A DNA stretch of 63,503 nt, the filler included, from Choristocarpus tenellus KU-1152 (taxonomy: Eukaryota > Protista > Phaeophyceae): assembly GCA_964200185.2 (NCBI GenBank). It is 10 parts of 10 records of this genome, joined end to end, with 100 filler letters (N's around TTAATTAATTAA, not from the genome) between each part and the next. Parts side by side here need not be neighbours in the genome. Positions count along the whole stretch, not along the records: positions 24,948 to 29,173 come from CAXNAD020015595.1; positions 29,274 to 32,909 come from CAXNAD020018820.1; positions 33,010 to 37,756 come from CAXNAD020013232.1; positions 37,857 to 47,591 come from CAXNAD020003446.1; 6 more parts are not named here. The stretch is one strand, 5' to 3'. Below, one piece after another: positions 25,850-38,771 of this stretch. The translations under genes and the position numbers were made by a program. Each line of letters opens with the position of its first letter. Within the stretch, counting starts at the first letter, position 1. The notes under the pieces were generated by a model. The model ran no database searches and was not told the DNA's origin. It worked only from the letters and a program-made list of their open reading frames with translations.

Positions 25850-26133
25850 TGAGGAAAGTCAGTCAATATAGATGTACATTGACTGATGACTTTACACGAG
25901 TACCTGCTCTATCATTGTTCTAGAAAGGTGCTTAGAAATTTCATATTTGAGGAACAACCAATACTATTACCTCACCCAAGAACAACTATCAAATTAGTAA
26001 AGCTCAATTTGTCAAAGTTGAGAGTTGGGAGATAGTTTATTGAGCCAGGACATCATGCATCTCATGGATCATGTTCCATGTGCTTACAAAACTACTCCTG
26101 CTGATCAGGAGAGTCCTTATATGTCAAGCCCAC

Positions 26134-27135
26134 CTGCTTGAAGTCATGTCGAGACACACTGGGCACGTAACCTTTCAATCCTCCGTCTTCCCAACCCCAG
26201 AACATTGTCTTGTGGTCGCCTATGGTCATTATCTGTCTGATATCTGCTGGGTTAAATCGCACTACCTGTGTAATTCCAGACGGGACAAATAAACAATTGG
26301 TGTGAAGCATAGCAAAAAACTAACTGCCTTGCTGAGCTGAAAATCAGCTCGAACGTACTATAATTTTGTCACGGAAGTACGCTTGAATGCCCCACTCGCT
26401 ACAATCGACCTTTTGGGTATCTGAGTCTTCGATGACACTGGTATACAATGCATGCTCCCGGTTCGGTTGCGTCCACTCCCATAGACTGATAGTCTGGGGT
26501 TCTCCTTGTCCAGGTCCCCTTTCCTCCTCCCCTGATACGCCTGGGGAGCCAAGTGTCACCAGAAAGAGGGCATCCGGGGATATGTCCACACTGGTGATCC
26601 CATTAGGATGAGGATTGAACATGTTCTGGATAGGAGTGCCAGAGAGTGCATCCCACACAACCATCATACTATCCGAGCCTGCATCAGCCGTCACGATCCA
26701 CTTCTTGTCCTGACTTACTGCCACTGCTGTGATAGGATTACAATGACCCTGTCAGTGGAACGAAAGGACGGCAACCAGACCAGGGGGGAGAGATGAAGGG
26801 TGGATGGGGGCTTAAGTAATCGACGTTCCCAATGTTGCCCAAGCTCAACGATGAAAGACGTGTAATATCCGATTTCATTATAACTAAAGCAGATATCTGA
26901 CTTAAGAAAAAGCGTTGCGCTCCCGGCTTCGAACCTGTAGGAGTTGCTGAGTGCGGCTAGCATAATCGTAGATCACTCCAGTGTGGGCCGCAACATAAAA
27001 TAGAGCATTGTTGTCGTTTGTGTGAAGGCTGTGAACACCATCGATGATATCTTTGTTGAAGCCGAAAGCCCAAGTCAGTGACAAGGCATTTGTTGCACTT
27101 GAGTTCAGGGATGAGCTAGATGAATGGTCCATCAT
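26134..27135 (-). CDS. CFAP251: Cilia- and flagella-associated protein 251 (WDR66), N-terminal WD40 exons 27135-26935, 26748-26410, 26265-26134; 3' part missing
   Basis: ALSLTWAFGFNK..VHSL..LFYVAAHTGVIYDY..RTQQLLQ|GHCNPITAVAVSQDKKWIVTADAGSDSMMVVWD..SGTPI..FNPH..QTISLWEWT..|VRFNP. Both introns are phase-0 GT-AG. Confidence 0.88.
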
Positions 27136-29145
27136 GATGCTGAAGATGTTTAGGACCTCAAAAGCAATGAGGGATGATAATGGTTTGGTGTGAAACTGAA
27201 ACCGTCTGAAAACACGCCTCCACGTAATGTCCACGAAAAATCTCCCATTTTCCCATTTTTACACATATTTTCAACAGGGTACAACTCTTTTATGTTGTAT
27301 CCATTATAGATATATCCAAGGTGGACAGATGCGATGATGCAATCTCCTGGGAGACAGGCGAGGAACAAAGATGGGTTGGAAATGGAGGGGATACCTGACA
27401 AGGCTATCTCGCTTTCTTAGCGTGGCTACTTTGATATTTGGTACTGTACTGGTGGCAGGTGCAGTCACTAGAAGGTATGGTATTGACCAATTGAACTCTA
27501 GCTTAGGATGAACAAAGATAGATAACTATCAAATGTTGACTTTTCTTCCCGTACCTAATCCTCTAATCGGGTGTGCCTATTCGAGTCACAAATCATGGCG
27601 TTCTGGGAGAAGTCTCCTGGTTGGTCATAGACATTCTTCAGTCTCACGATCGCGAAGTTCGATGTCAAGAGTTGGGCATTTCTCAAAATGTTGAGTCCTT
27701 GAACCATTTCTATTTCCAAACTGTTCACGAAGATTCATTCTCAGATAAATAAAAGTCAACGATTTTCCCATTTCGCCCTATTTGGTGTGGGTGGTCAGTC
27801 GTCCATCGGAACTCTGCCAAATGCCTCCGCTGATCCTCTCATGAGTAGATATACATGTATGGGTTGATTGTTTTTGATGCCTTGGTACACTTCTGCTCCT
27901 GACAGTTGTGGATCTGTGTAGCTCTGGAGCAATTATTGTATTCCTTACTTTCGGGTGCACGTTCACAGATGGGTGACTGCCGTTGCCTATCATATCAATG
28001 AACCACTTTACTCTTTTTAAGGAATGTGCGCCACGGATGCATTGTCCCCTTTCCTGCCCCAGGTCATTTACAGGCGAAAAAGTTGGTGGGATTTTCGAAT
28101 TGGCATTTTTCCCCTCAATAATGATAGTGTTTCGAGTCCCTCCTTTGCTGTGCTGGATCACTGTCTTGTGTAACACACTCTTGAAACAAATCAAGGTTTT
28201 CCATGCTTTAACTATATCCAATGTGACCAGCAGTTTCGGTCTCAGCACTCAATGACCTGCCTTGGGTATAAAGCCGTGAGAGGGGTTTCCACAGATGCGG
28301 CTCGCTCATGTTTGTGCTTTTAGGCGTCTACAAACGTGAAGTCCGTTGTTGAACCACGCTGTAAGGATCAGTTGTTAGGAGAGACCCCTTCACCTACCCA
28401 CCACCAGGTTTCTAGAGGACAGAAAGTGTACATATATCGGCTCCATTTGGTATGCGAGGCACCTTACCTTGGGTGCCTGGTACTTCAGCTTCCATTATTA
28501 ATTTTTCTTGGAACTGACCCAATTTAAAAGAAAATCATAGTTGGAACTTGCCCTAAGATATTACCCAGAAAATAACAGCCGGAACAAAATACAGGACATG
28601 AACACCTGGTGCGCGATGCCAATCTTTGTTAAATAATTCTTCCAATAATTTGATTTTCTTTGCTACAGACCTTCAAATTATATTCCGGGGTAGTTCATTA
28701 CTACTGGTGAACTACTTTTTCTTATTCTGTTTCCTCTCATTGTTTGCAACAAGAAATTCCAAACACTCTTTGCAGCTTGTGTTGAATATTTGACAGCTTG
28801 CCATGTTTTGGGAAGAAGCTGTTGGGGTTGGTCGTAAAATATAAGGATAGGCATACCCATTTCAATCCACCTTGAGAAGAGAACAAATCCAATATATGAT
28901 GCTCACCTCCCCTTTTCTCAAGAGACTGAAAGACTAAATTTGCTCTTTTGAATTCGTGTGATTCTCTGGGGACTTGGGGGTCTGTGAGATTGATGAGAAT
29001 TGGTGACAAGCACGGAACTAATACAAGGAGATGGTATGTGGCAGGAAAGGAGAGTTGGTCAAGAGCTAGGTTAATCATTGGGTCCTTTGGTTCCATCTAC
29101 ACCATCTGCTTTTCAAAGACACACCGTAGCATTGCTTTCAGAGCA

Positions 29146-29173
29146 TACCCAAAGTATTTGGGGGGGGGGAAGG
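29146..29173. mobile_element. Family A-type TIR at contig end
   Basis: TACCCAAAGTATTTGGGGGGGG runs into the spacer. Confidence 0.7.
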
Positions 29174-29499
29174 NNNNNNNNNNNNNNNNNNNNNNNNNNN
29201 NNNNNNNNNNNNNNNNNTTAATTAATTAANNNNNNNNNNNNNNNNNNNNNNNNNNNNNNNNNNNNNNNNNNNNAGGGAGGGATAGGCGTGAGGCCGATAT
29301 GTCAGCCCATTTCGCCGCGTTTCGTGGAGGAACAGGGTATGTTTCCAGTACTGCTAGAGCGCAAGCTCTACATCAACGCCATCATACATGCAGGTTACAA
29401 CACACAAACCAAAACTAAAGACCGTGCAGTTAGTTACTTGGTGACCGGTATTCAGGGAGTATGTGTTGAGTAGGTCGTGTCAAGATGAAACTTTCTTAC

Positions 29500-32400
29500 C
29501 TGCCAATGCACGTGCTGGATGATGCAACTCCCCGCATGATCGAGGCTGTTGTGGTACTTGTCGATAAGCCTTGTGAGGGCAAGGTAGGTGGCTGTGTAGA
29601 CAAGGTTACAACCTGCGCGAACGATGATGTCCATCGTTAGTTGGCAAATAGTACTCTGCTTACTTACACATTGTTTAATGGGAGCTAAAAAGAGGGGTAA
29701 TGTAATTTGTTTTAGCAATGTCGAGCACATACACCCAAAAGGCTGATATACATGTCTGTGGGTTTTCCTCCTCATTGATTAGCTCTTACGCTCCTCTGGC
29801 CCTAACCCTAGGCTGAGGCGTAGGAGGGCAGGGGAGCACAGTGCATCATCAGTTAATCGACTGTTCACCAGGCCTGCAGTATCTGTAGGCACATCGTGTA
29901 AGGATGTACTCGTCTTCCAGTATCTAACCTACGGTTGGTCCACTTGCCACGACGGTAAATCAAGTGGTGCGTGCACAACCAGCATCTATTCAGTCGTGTG
30001 ATTGTTGAGCCGCGACCCACAATACGTACCTCCTCCAAGATTGATAGGAGTGAAGAACACCTCCGCGAACTGGCCTTCGACGTGGGTGGCCATGATCTTC
30101 TGGCGCTCGGAGTAGGCCCTGATAAGAAGGACATGAACCAAAGAAACGTGTAAAGAAAGGTTCTACGGTGCGTCGTCATCATAATGAACTGAATAGGTAG
30201 TGGAATTATGTGCGTCTGTTTTGGCGGTTATTTCTTGGGACTTTGCACTCATTCGTAGAATAAAACAGGGTAGTCTATTCTCTTCTGTGTGCGGCTGCAA
30301 ACTTGTTGACAAATGGACTATGCGTGCGTGTGGTTACCTGTCACCGCTGTGGGTAGGTGGGTAAAGTGCTGGGAGGGTGTGTGATGTCTGGTTCGCGGCG
30401 TCTACGGACATGAACACGAAGCCGAGAGGTTTGCCGTCGGCTTTGGCCCACATGGCACTGCTGGTGCTGTTGGCGATGACCAGCCGATCTGCTTGGATAA
30501 TCTGGGGAATGGGGGAGAGCAACATCACGTCTGTAAATCAAATAAATCTGCTCAGAGTTGTAAAAAAATGACCACTTGTTAACACGTATCAGGTTAGTAA
30601 CAAAAATCGAGTGTAGGTAACAATAAATGTTTGTCTTTGGATATGTTTTTTATTGCTGCGTTCAAGACAAACACAGTATTATCGGGATGGTAGGAAGTAC
30701 GTACATACGGGGCCGGAAGACTGCTACATGACCTGTCCCTCCCACAGCCCGTTGTAGATGACCAGGAAGCAGTCTATCGTACAAGGTGTTTGGGTAGGTA
30801 ATAACAACATTTTTGCGGTGAGTGAGGCTAGCTGCTGCTGCTCCCGTAAGCACCTGCGTGGGAGTCTTCATTCACAAAAGGCAACAGATGTTGTTCCCAA
30901 TGGAGGGCAATGACGGCGACATGTTGCCACTGTACTCTTGTCGCAAAATTAACGCTGGACACCTACCTCTCGATGGTCTGACAGCTCCTTATCGATGGAC
31001 TTGAGGACGGTGGAGTCGTTCGTGGGTTTTACACCAGGCGCACCGTGCCGCTTCTCTTGTAACGTGACACATATGTGACATTTCATAAACTCGCCTCCTG
31101 CCCTCACCCTGATGTTGGGCCTGTCCTCTCTGAGCAATTGGAGGAAGTGCGCCCTGGTTACCCGCTTGGAAGGGTCGTCAGGATACACTCGTATTGCCTC
31201 TTTGCAAAAATCCTTGTATAGCTCCTAATTAAAAATGTTGGTTGTGTGGGTAAGTGAGGAGTTATTGAGAAGGAACACTCGAAGAACACCGCTGCAAGAT
31301 CTATCGAAGGCGGACTGACCAATAACTTGACTGAGAACGCGGAAGACAGGATCAAGCAAGCTTACATTGTGCATTACGAAAGAGCAAATACAATGATCTT
31401 CGTAAATCTGCCAGGAGCGTCATTGTGTTCGGGGCTCGCTCCGTTTGCAGAAGCGGCAAAGGAGGCGAATCTACCATCATCATCGTCATCATCGCAAAGC
31501 GCTTTAGACATACGAAGTACACACTTTTGCTACCAATGTCAGGCCGGGCCCGGGGCCGCAGAGTAGGTGTACACAGCGTTGAAATAACAGTTATTGTGTC
31601 TTCCTTCGTAAAAGCAACGAAGATTATCATCATCAACATTGTAGTCTCGACATAGCAAACGAAAAAAATAACCCTTGGTACGAATCTTCACATGTTCTTT
31701 TAACCATAATATCAGACCGGTTAAAGTAATAAACATCCACCACTCGAAATACTACTTCGATCCACTTCTTCTACGTACTGCTGAGTCACATGGTTTGCAA
31801 CACAGGGTGCGGCCAACCTCCCCACAACCAAAGGCAAAATCTACCTCTTTGTTCGCGGCGTAGATCACAATTGTGGACTTGTGAGGCATGAACTGCCCAT
31901 ATGTATCAGCCCGGTAGTCTATCCAGGACATCACCAGGTCTCGCTTCAGAACCATGTCCTTATCTTTGTTCGTGCCGTTCCTGTTGTAGTAGCGCACGTA
32001 CGTATATAGATGGATGGGAGATGTGTTGGAGGTGGATACAAGGGACGGGGGATGGAATCCTAGAGGATTGTATGCCAGCAGCGGATCTCTAATTCTGTAA
32101 ATATTTATTCGTGGTAACTGCTGCAGCAGTGTGGGGACGGCCGGATGAGATGATATTGTTGAAGCATAAAAAAACATATCGCACGTGTATATACACACAT
32201 AGGTAAGACATAACTCCACGCTGGAGGGATCTCTAACTTTGTTATCAGACATCTAGGTGTGGTAACTGCAAAGTGAATGTGGTGAGTACGATCGGATTAC
32301 ATTGTTCTGAGATAGGACTACTGTTCAATCATCAAGCAGGGGGGGAAACATACCGGGTACAAATAACACTGTGTACATACATCAAACCCACCTCTCCACG

Positions 32401-32909
32401 CCGGTGGATGCTCTTGCGTTAGGTATGCCTTTGCAAGCGTCGATGACATGATTGGATATTCCGAACGATGCCTTGAAAAACTGCGTACAGACGGGAATGC
32501 CTGCCGCGAGCATAGATCCGCCTCCAGATCCCAACTTAATGACAGGTACACGGTCGCCAACGAAGTGCTTGCAATCGCGGCAGTTCTCACACGCCCGGAT
32601 GATGTCCTGCTCTTTGGCCAACGTGCGTGCAAGGAAGAACTCGCTATCTGCCGCGAACTTCTTCACACAGGCTAAGCGCTTGCAGCAGTCATCCTGTTTG
32701 TTGATCGGAATGGGTTCAGCCCATCCTCGGCAAACCTTGGCGTCGGTCGCTGAAGCGTCATTGGTAGAAAGCTCCAGTGCATCATTGTTGGCGGGCTGGT
32801 AAGGGGGCAACACAGGGGGAGACGCAGGCGACAAAAGCCACCCCCTTGCTGTGGAAGCAACTGTCATGGTGTTTTCGGGCAACAGGCGGTCTTGGGCAGT
32901 GAGAAGGTC
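29500..32909 (-). mobile_element. Intron-containing Sola-like (DUF7869-type) DDE transposase gene, partial (exons <=32909-32392, 31980-31845, 31224-30967, 30501-30338, 30118-30030, 29612-29500)
   Basis: Five GT-AG introns with compatible phases (2,0,0,2,1) and no stop in the spliced frame. Motifs appear in the expected order: CCKRLAC, VCTQFFKASFGIS, MPHK, HFLQLL..PNIRV..EFMKCHIC, FMSVDAANQ (candidate first catalytic Asp), GGGCNLV, HVHWQ (just before the expected DN motif). Confidence 0.7.
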
Positions 32910-33009
32910 NNNNNNNNNNNNNNNNNNNNNNNNNNNNNNNNNNNNNNNNNNNNTTAATTAATTAANNNNNNNNNNNNNNNNNNNNNNNNNNNNNNNNNNN
33001 NNNNNNNNN

Positions 33010-33147
33010 CCTTTTTTCGATTTTCACTTTTTTGGTGTGATTTGGTCACATGTGTCGGATTTGAAATGTCAGCAAAAAAAAGAGTTGTATGACTGAAACG
33101 GGCACCCCCTCACAAACCACCCCCTCCCCCCCCAGATACTTTGACCC
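33010..33147. mobile_element. Family A-type TIR with a different internal sequence, at contig start
   Basis: ...CCCCCCCAGATACTTTGACCC terminus. Confidence 0.7.
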
Positions 33148-33983
33148 AAATAAATGAAGTCCGTAATGCTCAAAGATAAAGAAACACATCTTACATGGAC
33201 AACACCACCCTAAGTAGTACCCTTTTTGAACGATCATAATCTTCTGCATGCACACACATGTCAAGACAGTAGTATCTGTTTCACAATATATAAACGAGTC
33301 ATTCATGGTGGTGCTTCGTTCGAACTCTTAAAAAAAAAAGGCTCCAGACACCACCATGATCCCAACTCTGTGTCAGTGAGCCGTGCCCCCTCTCATCCCC
33401 TCCTCCCATGCACTATGTATTTCCATACTCCAGACATTGTATTAGATTCACTTTAGCATGGGCTAGGCTGACTCACGGTCAAAGGATCTACAACTGTTCC
33501 AACTAACTGCAATACAATTACTTGCACTACTGCCAACGTTGGTGCATTTCATCTCGTGTTTTTGCTTCTCAACCACACCACCATTCCCAGGCTGCCCTCC
33601 CTCCATTGAAATTCCATGGTCTAATTTTATTACTTAGCCTCCTGCTGGGGTCACTCTGTAATGAGCTTGGAAGTGCCCCATCTTGGTTTCCGCACTCATC
33701 AAGCATCCACAGGGTACGGTAACTGTGAATGATATCCATGTTGCTATCGCCATGAGGACTACCGAAACAAGCTTTTCCTTCGTCAAGAATCTTGCCTCGA
33801 TCATTGCCTGGTCTCAAGCATAATTTTGAAGGAGTGTGGGTATGCAACCGCTAGGCCACTGTGGAAGACTCTGTTCTACAATGAACTCACCGAATATTTT
33901 GTTGTAACAACGTAGTGGATTTCTTTCTCCCATGTCTACTCTCATCGTACGTAGACTCTGTCCAAATAATAGTCTCAACCCAC

Positions 33984-34046
33984 CCACATTCCACATTCCA
34001 CATTTCACATTCCACATTTCACATTCCACATTTCACATTCCACATT
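33984..34046 (+). repeat. 7-bp minisatellite (YCACATT)x9
   Basis: CCACATT x3, then alternating TCACATT/CCACATT. Confidence 0.95.
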
Positions 34047-34121
34047 TCCCCACCGTGGAATACAATTCCCATCCTGTCAACCCTTCCCATCCAGTGGTCA
34101 TCACCGTGTGAGTTTCTCCAG

Positions 34122-34316
34122 GCGGATTGCCCAAAGGCACATTTGGAAGGGGCAAACAGAAACTGCTTGTCTTCAAGGCTAAGGTCAGAAGTGCATATAG
34201 GCGGGAGATAAGCCTGCCACATTTTCTCCACATGTTGTGGAATCCACACGCAGTCAAGTATGTTGTTGTGCAGAAAGCACAGCAAGAAGACTCAAAACAC
34301 TGGGAAGTAATCATGG
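34122..34316 (+). CDS. Probable internal exon of an unknown gene
   Basis: TTCTCCAG acceptor, open frame GLPKGTFGRGKQKLLVFKAKV...HWEVIM, GTAAAA donor. No family recognised. Confidence 0.35.
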
Positions 34317-34698
34317 GTAAAAAGGAGCGGTTGGTTGTTCCCTCTCCCTATTTATTGTCCTGCACCAAATCAAGTGTTGCTCTGATCTGCTTGTATGAAC
34401 CTGCTATGTTGCGACTCAGCAAGCTTACATAACCGACCCCCCACACCTGTAATATTGTTAGGGACTAATATCTACTGGAGTAAATAAATTAAACTTGGAA
34501 ACTTGGATTGTGTGTGTGCCAGAAACATGTCCCTACTAAGTATTTGCAACAGCAAGTCATAAACGCACACACCTAGGTGAACGTTCATTTTCCGTTTGAT
34601 TACACATAACTACCTGCCAACCAGACCCTGTTCCCTTCCGACGAGGGCCTTCTACGCAGAGTTTCCTCATACACTAATGTGGATTGGAGTAACGCGCG

Positions 34699-34748
34699 CA
34701 CACACAAACACACACACACACACACAGATAGAGACACACACACACACA
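34699..34748 (+). repeat. Interrupted (CA)n microsatellite
   Basis: Read directly from the sequence. Confidence 0.9.
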
Positions 34749-37117
34749 TAGAGATTAAGATGAGCGCAAGTGTCTTGGCCTCTTGTACGGCATGTGGTCT
34801 GGGTCGTTCCCACACAAGGCAGTTGTGTCAATGGAGGTCCGTGGGAAAGGTAACTCCAGGAAAGAGAATTGCATTCGCTGATCCCATTTTCTTCTTCTGT
34901 ACTACTCTGGGCGGATTGAGCTGTGTATGTTGTAGGAAGTTGAAGTCTCGCGTCCTGTTTTGTAGACAGTAGTGGTCTGCAAGGAAGTGTGGACTTCAAA
35001 TTATACGATGGCAGATCACTGCAGGGATGACTAAATTACATAGCTATGGCGTGGCTATATTGTGCAGGAATCCACCATACATGTGCATAGCAGCTATACT
35101 AGACAATTCACTCTGTATCGCAATCAGTGGACAAAGTGTACATCAGAAAAGAACTTGTTCCAGCAAAAGAGGCATTACAAAATATCTTGTCTAACAGAAG
35201 GCCTCCTATTTTCTTTTTTTATCAAACCCAACCAGTTCCCAGGCAACAACTAACCTGTCCAAATCTCTACCTCCAAAATTAACCCCAAGATCTGATGAAG
35301 ATAACCTTCGTCACTGGGCTTCTGGGACAAGTCCTCTCACCCCTGGAGGAAGACTTGACGGCAGCAGAGGCAGCTTTGGGGTAGTTGGGAGCAGCAAGAA
35401 GTCGGAGCTTGCAGTCAATCCTGCATCATAAAAACAGGGTCCGGAAGGAACTCTGGGTGGGGATGTTGGACAGTATGCATTTTTATCACTATCTGCAGCT
35501 CTCCCTTCCCCACGGAAAATGACCAACCCAAAGTGCATGGTATTTGGTATTGCGTGACAGCCTGTCCATGCACCTTGGTGTATTGAACCATGCCGTTGCT
35601 TCCAAATATTGGTGCTACCCCCAGGCTGTCACGGTTGACCTCCCAGATGCACCAAGGACGATGACCAAGTCCTAGTTGCAGACGAGGAGATCTGCCTGTG
35701 AAGGATGTCCTGTGTGTTCTTGTTGTACAATGTTGAAATTTTCGATTTATGGAATACAGCACCAAAAAAATTGTGAGCAGAAGAGGGGAAATACCAATAA
35801 CCCATAGTCCAATAATGCAAGGTATTGTGGCATATTTCCCACTACCCATTATAGTCATTCATGTGGCAAGTCCTCATGAGCTCAATTTTTCGCAATGGGG
35901 GTTGCCTGATACTGTACCCTGCATGTCTCAGGAATGCAGGTCAGCACATTTCGGGGTAATAAACTCCAGTTGACCTTGCTCCCTGCTTGGAAGTCAATCG
36001 TTGTAGATCAGATTAGTGGGATGAGGACTAAACGGGAGGGGATGTTGTCACCATGCTTGGCAAGACAAAATTCATGATATCAAGAATGACTTGGCCGTCT
36101 GTAGTGGGTGGATTAGCCCTGTCCTCCTCACAGTCCCAGACAAAGCAACATAAAACAACAAAGGACTGCACCTGTATGGTCTTGGCTTTTTCTTTTTCCC
36201 TTGGTAGAGGGAAATTGAGTACCACAATCCTGGCATAATGTCGCACTATAATCGTGTGTATGCCTTACGGACATTACATGTAGGAGGTCCGGTTGATGGA
36301 GTAGTGTTGGGTTTCAGGATTTCAAGGGTGGCATAATGAATAGTTCTACTACAGTTAAATTAGAAGTAGCAGCTGTGTAGAGCTCACAGTTCCTGTGGTA
36401 GGACCATTTTTTTCTGTGTCACATGCCGGAAAACAAAGTGAGTCACACAATGATAAAAACAACCCAAAGTCTGATCATTATGAGAGCAGGACGGCATACT
36501 CTGTGAGATAGACGAGATGCTGCGAATGCTGAAACACGCTGATGAATAGTGGGGCATGTTCTTGCGCAGCAGGGGGAGTCAGGACCAGGCGGAAAACATG
36601 CTTTTTATTACTGTCCAATGTCCAACATTAACAGAGTATTTGCACCAAATTCGATCAGGAAGTGAACAGCTCATCTTGAGCAAAACCTAATACAACACTG
36701 ACTTGATGACACATATCGTTGAGTGGCATACAAGCACAAGGAGTACATGCCACTGAGCCAAACATGCGGTCAGGGCACAGAACCACATAAGAACAACTCG
36801 ATCTAAACAAATAAAAAGTACCTAAGAGGGAGGCATGGCAATGCCAAGCAGCGCAGGCACTCCACTTGCTAAAAAAAAGGTAAACCCTCACCCTAACTCA
36901 AGCTATTTTTGTAGTCTCTACCAAACAGAAACAGACCGTAATAGAAAAACTACTGTACTGTTCACCTCGAAGATAAAACCTTGTCGTCAATCACCTTACA
37001 CTCACCATACGCCAGGAAACATTCATTCATGGACTACCGCTCTGGACCGATGGCGATAATAATAATAATCCTCCACTCTAATCTCATATGCGCCACTTTC
37101 CTATCTCTCCACGACTA

Positions 37118-37756
37118 TCATTTCTTTCCCCATGTATCTCCCATTCCCTTCAAAATCATGTCCATCACCCCGTCACCCCTGCCCTTTGATTTTTCTCCTC
37201 CCCCACCCTCTGTATTACTTCCCCCTCCACCCCCCACTCCCATCGCACCCTGCCTGGTCTTCTTTGCATGTGGCTGACGCCCTGTAGACCCCAATGCCCT
37301 GCTTCCACTCCCTGCTCCCCAAGACTTCCCATGTTTACGTATTGGCTTTACCTTGTTCTGAGCTTGAGGCCACTCATGATCTTGCTGTTGGGACGAGGAT
37401 GCAGTTCCTCTGTTAGCACCGACAATGATACTGCCACCATAACTGCCTGCTATGTGGGGGTCATGGCGCCCAGGAGGTTTTCTACTGCCACCTCCTACAC
37501 CCCCTCCTCTAGCACCATATCCGACACCACCGATATTGCTTCCACTTCCATCCAACTCAGGAGACCGCGCTCGGTAACCTCCTTGTGAAACAGAAGGTGA
37601 CGGGGGTGCTAGCTCTGACGGCAACAATTTAGACTCCCTGTTGGCACGACTATAGTTGGCCTTTCCGTACTTCCTTTCTCTTGAACGTGCCTCTTCCTTC
37701 TCCTGGGATGAAGAATTCTTCACGAAAGAAGAACACAATGGCATTGGGTTTGGGGG
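37118..37756 (-). CDS. Terminal exon of an unknown protein, low-complexity G/S-rich tail
   Basis: Open frame of more than 208 aa from the contig end to a stop at 37118; disordered, glycine-rich composition. Confidence 0.55.
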   Translation of the reverse strand, partial: PPNPMPLCSSFVKNSSSQEKEEARSRERKYGKANYSRANRESKLLPSELAPPSPSVSQGGYRARSPELDGSGSNIGGVGYGARGGGVGGGSRKPPGRHDPHIAGSYGGSIIVGANRGTASSSQQQDHEWPQAQNKVKPIRKHGKSWGAGSGSRALGSTGRQPHAKKTRQGAMGVGGGGGSNTEGGGGEKSKGRGDGVMDMILKGMGDTWGKK

Positions 37757-38248
37757 NNNNNNNNNNNNNNNNNNNNNNNNNNNNNNNNNNNNNNNNNNNN
37801 TTAATTAATTAANNNNNNNNNNNNNNNNNNNNNNNNNNNNNNNNNNNNNNNNNNNNGGGTCGTGTGAGGCTTCACACCTTATCTTCACTACTAACAAATA
37901 GCATTACCTCCCAAGGTAATTTGCACACAATGGTCTAACGTGCAGTCCTGCTCATACACATCACCCTTTTTATGGTTCTTGCATGTCCTATCTACAGTTT
38001 TTGGCGCACACGCACGCCAAACACCATCGCGAGGGTGTGCCACACTGCAAGGGCAACCCTGGCATTCAGGGACACTTGAGCACCCTTCCTGCGGGGGGGG
38101 TAGACGGAGGGGTTGCCGTGCCGACGTTCTGACCCTCGACGTGTCCAGTTCTGGCCTCAAAATCACCCTAAAAGATCCCTACTTTGACGACTTGAAGCAC
38201 CTCCAGTTTGTACCTGATGATCCTCGATCCCCACTGTTTCTGAAAGCT

Positions 38249-38349
38249 GAGATTGCCAAACCGATTTAATTCTGTGGGTTGTCGTCCGATTCGGCGCCAT
38301 TCTCGCTCGGGGAGCCCAGATGTTTCGCGGCACAAACTTATCGCACAGA
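38249..38349 (-). repeat. Diverged ~100-bp repeat with an inverted partner at 39718-39826; probable DNA-transposon end
   Basis: GATTCGGCGCCATTCTCGCTCGGGGAGCCCAGATGTTT pairs with AAACATCTGGGCTCGCCGAGCGAGAACGGCGCCGAATC. Confidence 0.75.
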
Positions 38350-38616
38350 CTTAGTACCATTTATATTTACAAAGTTCGTCCTATCCTCCCACTGACAGGT
38401 ACATCCACTGAGCAAAGATCATGTACACATATCATCACATTTATCACCCAGGCAATAAGAATGTATTGAAATCATGTGCGCACTTGAGCTGTGTGGTCCT
38501 TACTTCAATGACTTCTTCCTCAGTCACCACATTGTTGGAAGTATGATATCTTTCGTGCTCAAATAATAATTTCTGCATCACTGCCCCTACTCCTACCCTG
38601 TACCGCATGTACCCCA

Positions 38617-38771
38617 GGCTCAAAATATCTGGGGGGGGAGTCTAAGCCAGGGTATCCATTCGGGCCCTGACAAGGAGAAGTGCTATTACATTATCTATCG
38701 CCAAAAAAATGCGACATGGAAAAATCGGCCCCGAATGGACAGCCGCCACGCCCCCCCAGAGTCTTTGAGCC
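38617..38771 (-). mobile_element. MITE family A, internally shortened copy
   Basis: GGCTCAAAATATCTGGGGGGG ... CCCCCCAGAGTCTTTGAGCC; flanks CCA/TCA. Confidence 0.85.

Noticed and set aside
27500-29100. DIRS-like or other retroelement relic upstream of CFAP251
   Set aside because: Only a weak LDLFSS motif among broken frames; I could not assign it.
29274-29418. Convergent + strand mini-gene end next to the transposase
   Set aside because: It rests only on one plausible 57-bp GT-AG intron and a short peptide, too little to call.
29500-32909. Sola-like transposase as the mobiliser of MITE B/C (GAG...CTC ends)
   Set aside because: Sola elements make 4-bp TSDs, whereas the nested copy and most clean flanks show 3 bp. 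Only the 6939 copy fits 4 bp (CATA).
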